Shown in pieces: positions 38,350 to 51,644 of a stretch of 64,000 bases of DNA (the first letter of the stretch is position 1; the number at the start of each line of letters is the position of its first letter). Origin of the DNA: Felis catus (Eukaryota); contig NC_058368.1 in assembly GCF_018350175.1 (NCBI RefSeq), positions 188,110,001 through 188,174,000 of the forward strand. The letters run 5' to 3'. Under the pieces are notes generated by a model. That model ran no database searches. It was not told where the DNA came from and was given only the letters and a program-made list of their open reading frames with translations. Both the position numbers and the translations under genes were made by a program.

Positions 38350-38810
38350 ACTTATCTACTGCCATAATAATGATGTGTTATAAGCCATTAGAAAAATCAG
38401 TGGTTTAAAACAGTGAACATGCATTTAGCACACAAATCTGCTAGTTGGAAGTTTAGTCTGGACTTAGCTGGGCGGTTCTGGTTTGGGCTCCTATGTCTGG
38501 GGGTTGACTGACTATTGGCTGGTCTAGAGTGGCCTCAGCTGTGGTGACTGACTGGTCAAGTTGGATCTCCTGTAGCAGGCTAGCCTGGGCTTGTTCCAAT
38601 GGTAAAGGTAAAGGAGCAAGAGTGAGCATGCCCAATTGTGCAAGTCTTTTCAAGCCTCTGTTTGGATCACATCTGCTGACATACTATTGGCCAAAGCAAG
38701 TCACATGGGCAAATCCAGAGCCAGAGTGGGAGGCCACTACAAAGTTGCACGGTAAAGGACGTGGATACAGGAGGGATAACATAATGAAGCCATGAGTGCA
38801 ATAATCTGCT
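38350..38810 (-). mobile_element. MaLR LTR (older MLT1 subfamily)
   Basis: aaaatcagtggtttaaaaca, cttagctgggcggttct, attggccaaagcaagtcacatggg. Confidence 0.78.
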
Positions 38811-40030
38811 GCAGGGAGACTAGACAGATACATACATAAATAATTAAATTTTATATAAATGCATAATAAACATACATATATAATTAACAAGAGATGAAAG
38901 ATAATAATTTTAGTTCCATAGCATTTCACTGATGCTGAAGAACCTTCCCTCAAAAATCTTTTGACTTAATCACCCCCTGTGAATAAGAAGCAGGCATCAT
39001 CATTTTCCAGGTAAGGAAAATCATAGACAGTAAGGTGTGAAGCTTGCACTTGAACTTCTGATGATGAGCTTCCCCTTCATCCCATGGCTTCTAGACAAGG
39101 AGCCAAATGAGTGGAGCATGCACTTAAGGAGCAAGAACTGTCATGAGCTCAGGCAGCCAAGGAGCCTTCGTAGAGACCAAACTCACTTGGGCCATGGATG
39201 AATGTATAATGATGAGTTCTCAGTCTTTGAACCAATCCCACCATTTTTGGACAAGTTTTATGTAAAAGTTGCCAATTGTATAAATTGATAAAAAAAAAAA
39301 AAAGCTATTTTATTAGCATACATTTATTGTCAGGTTCAAATGTACAACATTCACTTATCAAATTAATCTATAAGAACAATGAAGCCATTTTGGGAAATTC
39401 TGGGGCTTGATTCAGGGACAGATATCAAAGGGGGCCAGTGCAGTCTTGGGTCTAGTGTGTTCCTGTAGTTTGTTTAGCCTGCCTAGTACAATGAACTTCT
39501 GTCGTTCTGCTGCCCACTCTATTCCCCATTTCCCATCTCCCATTTCTGGTCACGTGGCTCTGGAGTTGGTCCCCCTCCCAGCTACAGAGGTGGGCCTGGG
39601 AGCCAGGGCCAGGAAACCCTGGGAAACAGGAGCTCTTCCTGTGCCAAAGAAGCCAACTCAGGGAAAGCTTTGCCAAGGGAAGGAGGGCAATGCGATGCCA
39701 CCATAAAAGTGTCTAGATCTAGCTGGAACTTAATCCAGCCCAACCCCTGAAATTTTCTGCTATGCAAACCAGTAATATTTGTCTTTCAGGCCAATTTGAC
39801 TTGAATTTCTGTCTCTTGCAACCAAAATATTTCTGACTAACATACCCAGGAGTAAGGAAATCTGATTCAAATAGATAAATAGTTGCAAGTAATGATAGTT
39901 TTGAAAGCAGTTCATCTTGCAATGTCAGGAAATTCTTTATTAAAAAAAAATAGGAGCAGCTTTACTCCAAATCTATACACATGCACATATGAAAGTTTAA
40001 CCTGCCATACAACATAATATGTATGATAGA

Positions 40031-40054
40031 AACTGATGAATGGATAAAGAAGAT

Positions 40055-40104
<50 letters not shown>

Positions 40105-40520
40105 AATATTACTCAGCAGTGAGAAAGAACGGAATCTTGCCATTTGCAACAACATGGATAGAACTGGAGGGTATTATGCTAAGTGAAATAAGTCAGAAAA
40201 AGACAGATATCATATGTTTTCACTCATATGTGGAATCTGAGAAACTTAACAGAAGACCATGGGGGAAGAGAAGGGGAAAAAGTTAGTTTCAAACAGAGAG
40301 GGAGTCAAATAAGAAACTCTTAAATACGTAGAACAAACTGAGGGCTGACAGGGCATGGGGGAGAAGGGAAAGTGGGTGATGGGCATTGAGGAGGGCACTT
40401 GTTGGGATGAGTACTGGGTGTTTTATGTAAGTGATGAATCATGGGAATCTATCCCCGAAGCCAAGGGCATGCTGTATACACTGTATGTTAACAAACTTGA
40501 CAATAAATTATATTGAAAAA
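40031..40520 (+). mobile_element. 5'-truncated feline L1 3' end with internal (TA)n
   Basis: Peptide ..ILPFATTWIELEGIMLSEISQ. Perfect TSD aatatgtatgataga at 40016-40030 and 40520-40534. Confidence 0.96.
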
Positions 40521-41974
40521 ATATGTATGATAGATTCAAATTTCGGACACAGCACATTTGAGGGGATGTTTGTTTATTATAGATTTTAAAGTTGTTTATA
40601 TGTATTTAAAAATGAAATTTGAAGAATATTTTGTAGGACTCCTGAGGTGTCCTTTAGAGCTCTTCCATTTCTAGAGTATGGTTGAAAAACTATTGATACA
40701 GCATAAGAGGAAGGGATCTATGAGAATATACCAGGCCTGTGACATCTGTCTTTTAGCACCAGAATAAAATTAATAGTGTCACTAAGAAACATGAATTCAT
40801 TGCCAACCTCCACCTAGTTGTTCTGATTGAAGCCAGAGAATTCTTTAATCATCCAGTGTTCTGGCTGCATGATGGTGGTGGTGAGGTTGGGGGGTTGGAA
40901 AGGGGAGGAGGGGTTGGGAAGCACACCATTGACTGCTGCCTCCATCTTTCACTTTACTAACTCTCATGTCACATCCTAGGATTATACACTCCTTCCTCTG
41001 CTAGGGACTTTCTAGCAGCAACAGCAAATGACTAGCCAGTATGGCTCTGACCCTAAACCCTATGAATCATGGTGTTCTTTGCACTCCAATCAACTATGGA
41101 GTGAAAAGGACTGAATCTCTAGGGATGCAAACAATTTCATGATCTGTGAGATTGTTCCAAAATGTCCAATAGTTATTAGGGTCAGGAAACCAGAAGAAAA
41201 AAGCCTGGAGCTGTGGTGTGTCCATTTTGCTCTCCCCAAGGAAAGTTAGCACTTGTCCTCCTCTTTCTTTCCCCGAACTGATCTCTCCACACACCTCTCC
41301 TTTGGATACACTCTGGCTCCTCTGTTCTTCCCGCACAGCCCTTGTCTCCTCATATGGCTTTCCTGCTGCCCAGTGTTCTCTCAGTCCTGATCTGCCTGCC
41401 CTCCTGACCCCTGGATCCTTGCTTACTGCTTTTTCTTCACCAGACCTTACCTCCTCTGTGTCCCACACCCTCCAGGTCTTACTAGGTAAGGGAAGCTAAT
41501 TCAGAGTGCTTTCATATACATTGTGCCATTTGACCGGCACACCAACCCTGAGGGCAGGTAAGGCAGCTGTGATGGTTTTTCTCCCCATCTCACAGATGAG
41601 GAAATTGAGGTTTAGACTGAAAAGGCACAAAGCAAGGAAGCGACAGAGCTGACTCAAATTCCAAGTGTGATCTTTCTCCTCAAAATAGATAATAAGACAC
41701 TAATTTCAATCAGTTAATATTCTTTCAGAATAGCTTTTCATAGTGAAGGAATGGTAGTTTGTATACAGTTCGTAGTGAATATTTTTTTATTGATTCCAGA
41801 GGTTGGTCCCACCCTTAATTGATTGATTTGATCACTTAGCAAACTCTCATGGAGCATTTATCATATCCTAGGCATTATGATAAGCGTGGGAGAACCTCAA
41901 ACATGGCCCATCATCACCAGCCTTAGTCTGGTGGGGAGACAGGTGGGAGAGAATCCCTATAAGAAAGAGGAAGT

Positions 41975-42734
41975 ATCATCAGGGAAATACAAATCAAAAC
42001 CACACTCAGATATCACCTCATGCCAGTCAGAGTTGCCAAAATGAACAAATCAGGAGACTATAGATGCTGGAGAGGATGTGGAGAAACAGGAACCCTCTTG
42101 CACTGTTGGTGGGAATGCAAACTGGTGCAGCCACTCTGGAAAACAGTGTGGAGGTTCCTCAAAAAATTAAAAATAGACCTACCCTATGACCCAGCAATAG
42201 CACTGCTAGGAATTTACCCAAGGGATACAGGAGTACTGATGCATAGGGGCACTTGTACCCCAATGTTTATAGCAGCACTCTCAACAATAGCCAAATTATG
42301 GAAAGAGCCTAAATGTCCATCAACTGATGAATGGATAAAGAAATCATGGTTTATATACACAATGGGGTACTACGTGGCAATGAGAAAGAATGAAATATGG
42401 CCCTTTGTAGCAACATGGATGGAACTGGAGAGTGTGATGCTAAGTGAAATAAGCCATACAAAGACAGATACCATATGGTTTCACTCTTATGTGGATCCTG
42501 AGAAACTTAACAGAAACCCATGGGGGAGGGGAAGGAAAAAAAAAAAAGAGGTTAGAGTGGAAGAGAGCCAAAGCATAAGAGACTCTTAAAAACTGAGAAC
42601 AAACTGAGGGTTGATGGTAGGTGGGAGGGAGGGGAGGGTGGGTGATGGGTATTGAGGAGGGCACCTTTTGGGATGAGCACTGGGTGTTGTATGGAAACCA
42701 ATTTGACAATAAACTTCATATATTGAAAAAAAAA
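41975..42734 (+). mobile_element. Young 5'-truncated feline L1 (L1_Fc-like), ORF2 C-terminus nearly intact
   Basis: ORF 42020-42589 is the ORF2 Cys-rich C-terminus ([32 protein letters not shown]), apparently frameshifted near its end. TSD aagaaagaggaagta / aaaaaagaagaagta. Confidence 0.97.
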
Positions 42735-43073
42735 GAAGAAGTAGCAGTGGAACTTCAAGAGAGAAGAAATGCACCCCATTCCCGCACATCCAGGGAGGGC
42801 ACTGGAGACAAGGATGTAGGGGAAGATTTCATGTAAAGGTAACTCATAAGTTATGTTTGGAAGAATTTTCTGAAAGCAGAAAGAATTTCTGGCAGAGGGT
42901 ACAGCTTGAGTAAAGGCCTGTGGGTGTGAACACACATGCAAACTCTAGGGATGAAAGCATCTCAGGATGGTGGCAACACAGTGTATGGAGGTGGGGGTAT
43001 GGGGGGGCAGGAAAAAGGGACTGAAAAAGTAGGTAGGGGTCTTGAGTAAGAGGGTAACTGAAGATCAGGCTAA

Positions 43074-43230
43074 TAGGAAGGGAGGGAGGGAAGGAGAGAG
43101 AGAAGAAAAGAGAAGAAAAGAAAAGCAAAAAGAAAAGAAAAGAAAAGAAAAGGAAAGAAAAGAAAAAAGAAAAGAAGGAGGGAGGGAGAAAAGAAAGACG
43201 GAAGGAAGAATGGGAGGGAGGGAGGAAGGC
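43074..43230. repeat. Polypurine (GAAAA/GGAA)n low-complexity tract
   Basis: Directly visible. Confidence 0.92.
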
Positions 43231-43757
43231 AGTGAGAAAAAATTTGTTCAGGCAGCAATTTGATGGTTATATGAAACACATAGTGAGTGGAAAGGAGGCA
43301 TGTGCAGGAAGAGAGATTCAATACACCCAGGTCATGTATGCAGTTACTTTCTTTGCCCACTGACCAGACAGCAAAGTGAGTGGTTGAAAGTTAAGTGTGT
43401 GGTTAGATGTGCTATTAGCATCAGACCAGGGGCTCAGAAATGTCATCCCTCCTACACTCAAGGGTCTAGATTAAATGGGAAACTCATGTACTATTGGATT
43501 ATTAACTGGTCTTGTGCCTGACATGCCTGCATAGACTGATAAATTATGCTAGAACACCGAGCTTAGGCTCAAGACCAGAGCTTTCCCAGTACACACACAG
43601 TGACCTTACCCACTGTTATTGGGACCCAGTTAGCATCCTCAAGTGGTGTCTATCAGATAATTCTCTCTTGGAAAAAGGTGGACATGGAGGGGTTGGGAGA
43701 GAAGGGCTAAGACTTTCTCCTTCTCTCCTCCCCCAACAGCAATAACACCAGTGTTCT

Positions 43758-43967
43758 TTTTTCTTTTTTAATGTTTTTATTTTATTTTTGAGACAGAGTG
43801 CAAGTGGAGGTGAGGCAGAGAGAGAGACATATACACAGAACCGGGAGCAGGCTGCAGGCTCTGAGCTGTCAGCACAGAGCCTGACATGGGGCTCAAACTC
43901 ACAAACTGTGAGGTCATGACCTGAGCCGAAGTAGATCACTTAATGGACTGAGCCACCCAGGTGCCCC
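43758..43967 (-). mobile_element. Feline SINE
   Basis: TSD aataacaccagtgttct (43741-43757) / agtaacaccagtgttct (43968-43984). Confidence 0.95.
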
Positions 43968-45409
43968 AGTAACACCAGTGTTCTAAAAAGATTTGACTAT
44001 TTTGCCAAATATAGCTGGAAGAGGTGTTCACAAGAACAGCAACAAAACCTCCCTGTTGTACAAGCGTTTCTTTTTCTAAAAAAACAATAATAATAAATAT
44101 ACAATCATTTCTATTCATGCAAGTGCCAAAAAAAACACAAGAAATTTCCTCCTTGAGCCAAATATTATTTTGGGGATTCCTTAAGACTATGAGATGAAAT
44201 ATAAAATCATGGCAATCCATGCTGTTGACTCCAACCATGAGTTCGTGGAAGGTGAGCTCAATGCTTGCCCCTTTGGATAGTGTCTAATTCAGTCAAGCAA
44301 AAATGGAACTTTTATAAAAGCATTTGCATGCCTCAGATGATGATGATGGGAATAGAGGATTCCGATCTTGTTCTGGTGACCTCTAGAAACCTCAAACTCA
44401 AAAGCATGAAGGTCTAACCCTCCGGGACACTTTGTGCTATCTCAAGATAAGGTTAATTAAAAGAGGCTTGGGATGTTTGGGGAGTTCTTCCTGAACTGAG
44501 GGTCGCAAGACACAAGAAGGAATGGATTTTAAATCTGCAGTCCAACTCCCTCTCACTACAGGATTCTTTGATCTCTTCTCAGGTCTGTTCATTGCTAAAT
44601 ATTTTTAAATTATCTCTTATGTTGAAGTAAACTCTGTTGTAAAGGAATATAGACCTGTCTTGCCAGGCTATCCTGACAGTTGCCATTGCCAGGCATAGAC
44701 AGTAGAACAGGGGGGTCATGAGGCAGGCCCCTGTGGAGTATATCTGTGTCTTCCATGCCCAAAGGAGAAACCAGGTCTGGACAGGGGCCTGTAATGAGAG
44801 AAGGACTCAAGAGTTCTAGGGGATTTAGGAAGATGAGAATGGTGATAGAATCAGTTTTTAAATTTACCCTAATCTCCACATGATAACAAACAGAGCAAAT
44901 ATATAACAAAATCAAAAACAATGTTAGATGGTATTCCTATGAATCCCCAAATATAAGCTGTGGGGACAAAGCAGCAATTGCCCCAAGATTCACATGGTAT
45001 TAATGCCTGTGTGTGAGGAAGGAAGGAAGCAATGGGGTATCCGATAGACCTGGGAACAGGAGAATCTCAACAGAGGCAGCGGGTACTTACTAGAAAACAC
45101 ATGAGCCAGTCTGAGAGAGGCAGCTGAAGTGGGAGGCATTCTGCCCAAACCAGGAGTGGGGCGTGCAAGGTGTCTGGAGAGAGGATTGAGGAGCTGCTGC
45201 TGTCTAGCTCCTATGGTATGGACTCCCCAAACTGACCACGTGGGCTCTCCCTCCTGTATTGGGGAGAAAATGTTGGGAGTAGAATAAAAATTGGATGGAC
45301 AATAGAGATGGAGGAAAAGAAGCTCAGTTAAAAGTTGGGGGGTGAGGGGACAGTCAGGAAATCTCAGGAAGTAAATCAGAAAAATTGTTAAGAAAAAGAA
45401 TAAACTGGG

Positions 45410-46012
45410 AGTGGGGTAACACCTCGCCCATAATTCATATGTTGAAATCCTTAACCCTCAATGTGATAGTATAAGAAGATGGGGCCTTTGAGAGGTGGCT
45501 AGGTCTTTATTTTATTTTATTATTATTTTCTTAATGTTTATTTATTTTTGAGACAGAGAGAGAGAGAGAGAGAGACAGCACGAGCAGGGGAGGGGCAGAG
45601 AGAGGGAGACACAGAATCTGAGGCAGAATCTGAGCTGTCAGCATAGAACGTGACACGGGGTTCAAGCTCCCAGACCATGAAATCATGACCTGAGTCTAAG
45701 TTGGACACTCAACCGACTGAACCACCCAGGTGCCCTGAGAGGCGTGTAGATCTTGAAGGTGGAGCCCTCAAGAATGAGGTCAGTGCCCTTATGAAAGGGA
45801 CCCCAGAGAGCTCTCTTGCCCTCTTTCCACCATGGAAGGATACTAGAAGTCAGCAGTTTACAACCTGGAAGAGGGCCCTCTCCAGAACGCAACAATTTTT
45901 GCACCCTGATCTCAGACTTGCAACCTCCAGAACCACGAGAAATAAGTTTTTGTTGTTTACAAGGCATCTGGTCAGTAGCGCTTTGTGCTAGGAGCCTGGA
46001 CTGACTAAGACA
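45410..46012 (+). mobile_element. MaLR LTR (MLT1A-like) interrupted by a SINE
   Basis: aattcatatgttgaaatcc..ggggcctttgagaggtg, resuming ggtggagccctcaagaatgaggtcagtgcccttatgaaagg and ending gactaagaca. Confidence 0.88.
45506..45735 (-). mobile_element. Feline SINE
   Basis: Canonical head and tail. Degenerate TSD tgagaggtggctaggtctt / tgagaggcgtgtagatctt. Confidence 0.93.
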
Positions 46013-47579
46013 GTTATTCCAGCAAAAGTCAAGATCATGGCTATTTGGGGCAGGTGGCTGTGATTGAATGCAGCCCACGAGTGGGCTTCTGGGATTTGTG
46101 TGGCTTCCTATATCTGTGTGTTATTTTACCATGAATGGGTAGTTGCAGGAGAGGGGGATCAAGGGGACCTCAGGTCCCAACTAATATTGCATATTAATAC
46201 TAAAACCAATAGAATTCTTGCTCCTGTCTTTGGAGCATGTACCCTATACAAGGTGCCACACTAAGCATTTCACCACAGTGGTCTTTTGCTCTGAGTCTAG
46301 AATCAAGTGGCTTGATTGGGTTCATTTATTAGCTGTGGTACTTTGGTAAGTAATTCTCTTTGACCCTCTATATGCTCATCTATAAAATAGGGTAATAGTA
46401 GTATACTATTCATAAGGTCGTTGGAACAAGTGAGGTTTGCATATAAAGCCCTTAACACAATGCCTAACTCAGAGGACATGCTCACTCAGTCCTAAGCACT
46501 GCTTCATCCCTGTGAGGTGTCTATTATTACTCTCACAGTATAGGTGAAAACAAGGTTCTGAGAGGTTAAGTCGTGGAATTATTCAGTGGTGCGACTAGGC
46601 TCTCACACTTTCCCTCTGTCTTCCCAACCCATTAACTTCCTTCAAATGAAAGACAGTAAAATGGCAAGTGATAGTGACCTGGCCTGGTTCCACAGCTCCA
46701 TCTTGAAGGATATCTGAGGTCTGGCTCCCTCCCTTGCCTCCACACATGATGTTGCAATTTCGCTACCAGAGAGTGAATTCAGCAGTGCTGTCCACAGCTC
46801 AGTTCCCTGAAGCGTTCTTGGAAGAGACAGTAAGGGCAGGAAGGATGCATGGCTGTGCGGGCTCCTTCAGTGGAGGTATAAACAAGTCCCCACTCTCGGA
46901 GGGGGCCAAGGAGCCCAGCTAGGCGGCTGGTTGGATGCGTCACACACACCATGCTGAGAGAGAAAATAAGTGGCATTCCTCTGTGCTGAAGTTTAAGCAT
47001 AAACAAGGAGCAAGTACTTTCCATGATAATTACCAAATATTAGTAATGTATTGTTCCTTCCCCACTCCCAAGTCACTTCTAAGGAGCTCCAGCTGTGCTA
47101 ATAATGTTCGGCGTACCACTTCCAGGGCCAGAAGTATTGTTCCAAGACAAAGGTTCTTTATCTGTGTTTGTTCTTGTTTCCCATCAACACTTGAAACGTA
47201 GTTCACCTACGTTTTCTTGGGACTCCGTGCGTTGTTTGGAGCTGAGAGGAATAAAGAACAAAAAACGAAAAACAAAACAAAACAAAACCAGCATTTGAGT
47301 TAAGATCTTAAGCGAGTCTTAATTTCTTTGATCCCCGACTATCAGAAAGGGAAGTAATATTTACCTCATAATAGAACCGAGGTGAAGACGACTGAGGGAA
47401 CATGTGTGAAGAGTCCAGCATAGAGCTTGGCATACAGTGGGCGCCATAAATGAAGGTGGCCCCTTCCCCAGCTCCTGTGCCAGCCCACCTTGAAAATGAG
47501 AACCAAAGTGGCAGGTATGTAGCCTGTAAGCTTCTTTCCCCTATGGTATCGCCGGTAGGCATTATTAATTGATTCCAAT

Positions 47580-48085
47580 ATTCTGTCCTGTTTGAATTTG
47601 GTTGCTTGTGATCGCTACAGTAGAAAATTACCACAAATTTAATATATTAAAACAACACAATTCTGTTGTCTTATAGTTTTGTGGGTTTGAGGTCTAACAT
47701 AGGCCTCTGTGGGCTGAAATCAAGATTCGGGCAGGGCTGCTTTTCTTTTTGAAAATTCTAGGAGTAAAATCCATTTCCCTGTGTGCTCCAGCTTGTCCAT
47801 GAACATAGCCCACCTGCATTTCAGAACCAGCAATAGGGCATCAAATCTTTCCCATACTGCTATTACTCTCTGACCATAACCAGGAAATGTCCTGCACTTT
47901 TAAGAATTTATGTGATTAGATTGGGCCCACCGGATAATCCGGGATTATCTCCCTGTCTCGAGATCCTTAACCTTAATAAGTCTGCAAAGTCGCTTTCGTG
48001 CTTTCGTTGGGTCAGGTAAAGCGTTCTCCTATTCTGGGGATTAGGACGTAAACATCTTTGGGGGCCATTATTCCTCCTACCACAC
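47580..48085 (-). mobile_element. MaLR LTR (MLT1D/E-like)
   Basis: aaattaccacaaattt, gattagattgggcccaccggataatccggga, aacatctttgggggccattattcctcctaccaca. Confidence 0.85.
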
Positions 48086-49498
48086 TTCTCAGTGCAGTGC
48101 TGCAGGTAGTCACTACCAGTGGATCACGGTTTGACCTGTGAGATCAAATCCATTTGGTCTGGGGGACGTCAGAGCTATCCCTACTTTGGAGATTCATCAG
48201 GAAAGGAAGAAGAAAAAAAAAAGAAAAGCAAAGCTTGTCAGGGGATAATGGAAATCAAAAGAAGACATTTAGCCTCCTGCTAAACAATTTTTGCTTTTGT
48301 TTTTCAATCCACTTGCCAGGATTCTCCTTGCCACGGCCAGAAGTGGAAGCAGTAATGTCTGCTCCAGCAGCCGCGGAAAGGGAACATCCTCTGAAGGTTG
48401 CATTTCTACCAATGGGATCCTGGGGTCCCACCTCCGGGCCTCTCAGCTGGGGTCCCCTCACTTGGGATCAGGTACAATCACACACCAGCCTAAACACCCT
48501 TTTAAAAAACGACTTTATTGGGGATGTAACTGATATATAATACGTTGTACATGTGCAAAGTGTACAATGTGCCAAGTTTTGGCATGTGTATATACCCGCG
48601 ACACTATTGCCACAGTTACGATTTTGAACACATTTGTCCCCGCCAAAAGTCTACTGGTGCCTATGGTAACCCTTCCCTATTCTCCACCCCTTCCTCCCAG
48701 ATAACCGCGGATCTGCTATTGTCACTCTAGATTAGTTTTCATTTTCTAGACTTTTATATAAATGAAATCATACACTAAGTACCCTTTTATTATCTGGTAT
48801 CTTTCAGTCAGTAGGAATGATTTCGAGACTCTCAGCCATGTTGTATGTATCAGTAGTTCATAGCTTTTATTGCTGAGTAATATTTCAATGTAAACTGCAG
48901 TTTTATCTTTTTACCTGCTGAGGGAAATTTCCAGTTTTTGGCTATTACAAATAAAAATCCTATAAATATTCATGTACAAGTCTTTGTGTAGGTTTATGCT
49001 TTCATTTCTCTTGCATAAACACCTACAAGGGCAATGGCTAGGGCATATGGTAGGTATATGTTTAACTTTCTAAAAACATGCCAAACTTTCTTCCAAAGTG
49101 GCTGTACCATTTTACATCATCAGCAGTGTATGAGAGCTTTAGTAGCTCCATGTCCTTGGCAATACTTACCACCGTTAGTCTTTTTAATTTTAGCAATTCT
49201 AACAGGTGGGTAGTGGTATTTCATTGTTTTATTTGCATTTTACTTAATGATGATAATGTTGACCATCTTTGTAATTTGCTTATTGCCGTCCCTTTATCTT
49301 CCTGGATAAAGTATAAGTGTAAATCTGTTATCAAGTTTTTAAAAATTAGGTTGTTTGGCTTATTATTGGGTTTTACAGTTCTTTATATATTCTGAATACA
49401 ATTGTCTTGTCAGATACACGATTTACAAATATTTTCTCTCATTTTGTGAGCTGTCTTTTCATTCTCTTAACAGGGTAACTCAAAGAGCAGAAGTTCTT

Positions 49499-49661
49499 GG
49501 GGCGCCTGAGTGGCTCAGTCGGTCAAGCATCCGACTCTTGATTTCTGCTCAGGTCATGATCTCATGGTTCATGAGTTCAAGCCTCGCATTAGTCTTTGCA
49601 CTGATGGCATGGAGCCTGCTTGGAAGTCTTTCTACCCTCTCTTGCTTGCACAGGCATGTGT

Positions 49662-49697
<36 letters not shown>

Positions 49698-49720
49698 GTA
49701 AATAAACAAACTTTAAAACT
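49499..49720 (+). mobile_element. Can-SINE
   Basis: GGGGCGCCTGAGTGGCTCAGTCGG head. Outer TSD caaagagcagaa(g/a)ttctt encloses this SINE and the next. Confidence 0.93.
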
Positions 49721-49725
49721 CTATA

Positions 49726-49953
49726 GGGGTACCTGGATGGTTCAGTTGGTTAAGCATCCAACTTCGGTTCAGGTCGTGATCTCATAGTTCATGGGTTCGA
49801 GCCCCACTTTGGGCTCTGTGCTGACAGCTAGGAGCCTGGAGCCTGCTTGGAATTATGTGTCTCCCTCTCCCTCTACCCCTACTCTACCCACACCCTGTTT
49901 CTCTTTGTCTCTCAAAAATGAATAAACGTTAAAAAATTTTTAATTAAAAAAAA
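49726..49953 (+). mobile_element. Feline SINE inserted in the tail of the previous SINE
   Basis: GGGGTACCTGGATGGTTCAGTTGG head, B-box GGTTCGAGCC. Confidence 0.93.
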
Positions 49954-50783
49954 TCTAGAGTCAAAGAGCAGAAATTCTTAATTGTGATATAGTACACTAT
50001 CACTTTTTTCTTTCATGAACTGTGATTTTGATGTTATATCTAAGAAATCTTTGCCTAATCATAAATCATAAAAATTTCCTTCTGTGTTTTTTTTTCTAGG
50101 AATTTTATAGTTTTAGATTTCATATTTAGGTCTGTGATGTATTTTGAGTTGATTTTTGTAGATAGTGCAAGGTATGGATTAAAGTTCTATTCCCCCTCCT
50201 TTGCCCCCATATAGATGTCCAACTATTCTAGCACTATTTGTTGAAAAGACTAACTTTTCTCCACTGAACTACCTTTGCCCCTTTACTGACCATCAGTTGT
50301 CCATATATCTGTGGGTCTATTTCAGGACTCTATTCTGATCCATGTATCTATTTATCTATCTTGACCCTAATGGTTGACCCTGACAATTACTGTATCTTTA
50401 TAGTAAGTCTTGAAATCAAACAGTGTTAACCTTCTCTTTAAATTATTTTTAAAGTTATTTTGGCTATCCAAGGTCTTTGCATTTCCATATCAATTTTAAA
50501 ATTATCTTGTCAATTTCTATAGTAAACTCTGCTAAGATTTTGATTGGGATTGTTTTGAAACTATACACTGATTTGAGTTATAATTGATATTTTAACAAAA
50601 TTGAGTCTTCTGATCCATAAACATTATTTATATCTCCATTTATTAGATCTTCTTTAATTTCTTTTAGCAGTGTTTTGTAGTTTTCAATCTACAGATCTTA
50701 CACACATTTTGTTGGAGATAATCTGTAACTATTTTTTTTGATACTGTTATAAATGACATTATTTTTAAAATTTTAGTTTCTGA

Positions 50784-50992
50784 GGGGTGCCTGGGTGGCT
50801 CAGTTGGTTAAGTGTCCAACTTCAGCTCAGGTCATGATCTCACGGTCTGTGAGTTCAAGCCCGGCGTCGGGCTCTGTGCTGTCAGTTCAGAGCCTGGAGC
50901 CTGTTTCAGATTCTGTGTCTCCCTCTCTCTGTCTGCCCCTCCCTCACTCAACTCTGTCTCTCTATCAAAAAATGAACAAACGTTAAAAAAAA
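50784..50992 (+). mobile_element. Feline SINE (SINEC_Fc-like)
   Basis: TSD aattttagtttctga on both sides. Confidence 0.95.
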
Positions 50993-51416
50993 TTTTAATT
51001 TTAGTTTCTGATTATTCATTGCTTTTATATAAATGTAATCTTTTATATTGATTTTGTATCTCGAAAACTTGGTAAACTTTTTTACAAGTTCTTGTAGTGT
51101 TTTGTTGTTGATTCCATAGGGTTTTCTACATAGATGATCATATCATGTGTGAGTAAAGACAGGTTTAGTTCTTCCTTTCTAATCTCCATACAGTTTGTTT
51201 TTTTCTCTTGCCTTACTGCATTAGCTAGATCATCAGTAAAAATTTGAACAGAAGTAGTGAGAATGAACATCTTTTTCTTCTTTCTGATCTTAGCACAAAA
51301 GCATTCAGTCTTTCATTTTATTTTACCTTTAAGTATGATGTAGGGTTTTTATAGATGCTTTTTATCAAGTTAAGGAATTTCCCTCTATTCTTAGTTTGCT
51401 GAAATATGTTTTTTCT

Positions 51417-51644
51417 TTTTTTTTCTTTAAAAAAAATTTTTAACGTTTATTTATTTTTGAGACAGAGAGAGACAGAGCATGAGTGGGGGAGGGGCAGAGA
51501 GAGAGGGAGACACAGATTCAGAAACAGGCTCCAGGCTCTGAGCGGTCAGCACAGAGCCTGATGTGGGGCTCGAACCCATGGACCGCGAGATCATGACCTG
51601 AGCCGAAGTCAGCCGCTTAACCGACTGAGCCACCCAGGTGCCCC
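51417..51644 (-). mobile_element. Feline SINE (SINEC_Fc-like)
   Basis: TSD tgaaatatgttttttct / tgagatatgttttttct. Confidence 0.96.

Noticed and set aside
42020..42589. 189-aa ORF as a gene
   Set aside because: C-terminal fragment of L1 ORF2 in a 5'-truncated element with no promoter, endonuclease or RT domain.
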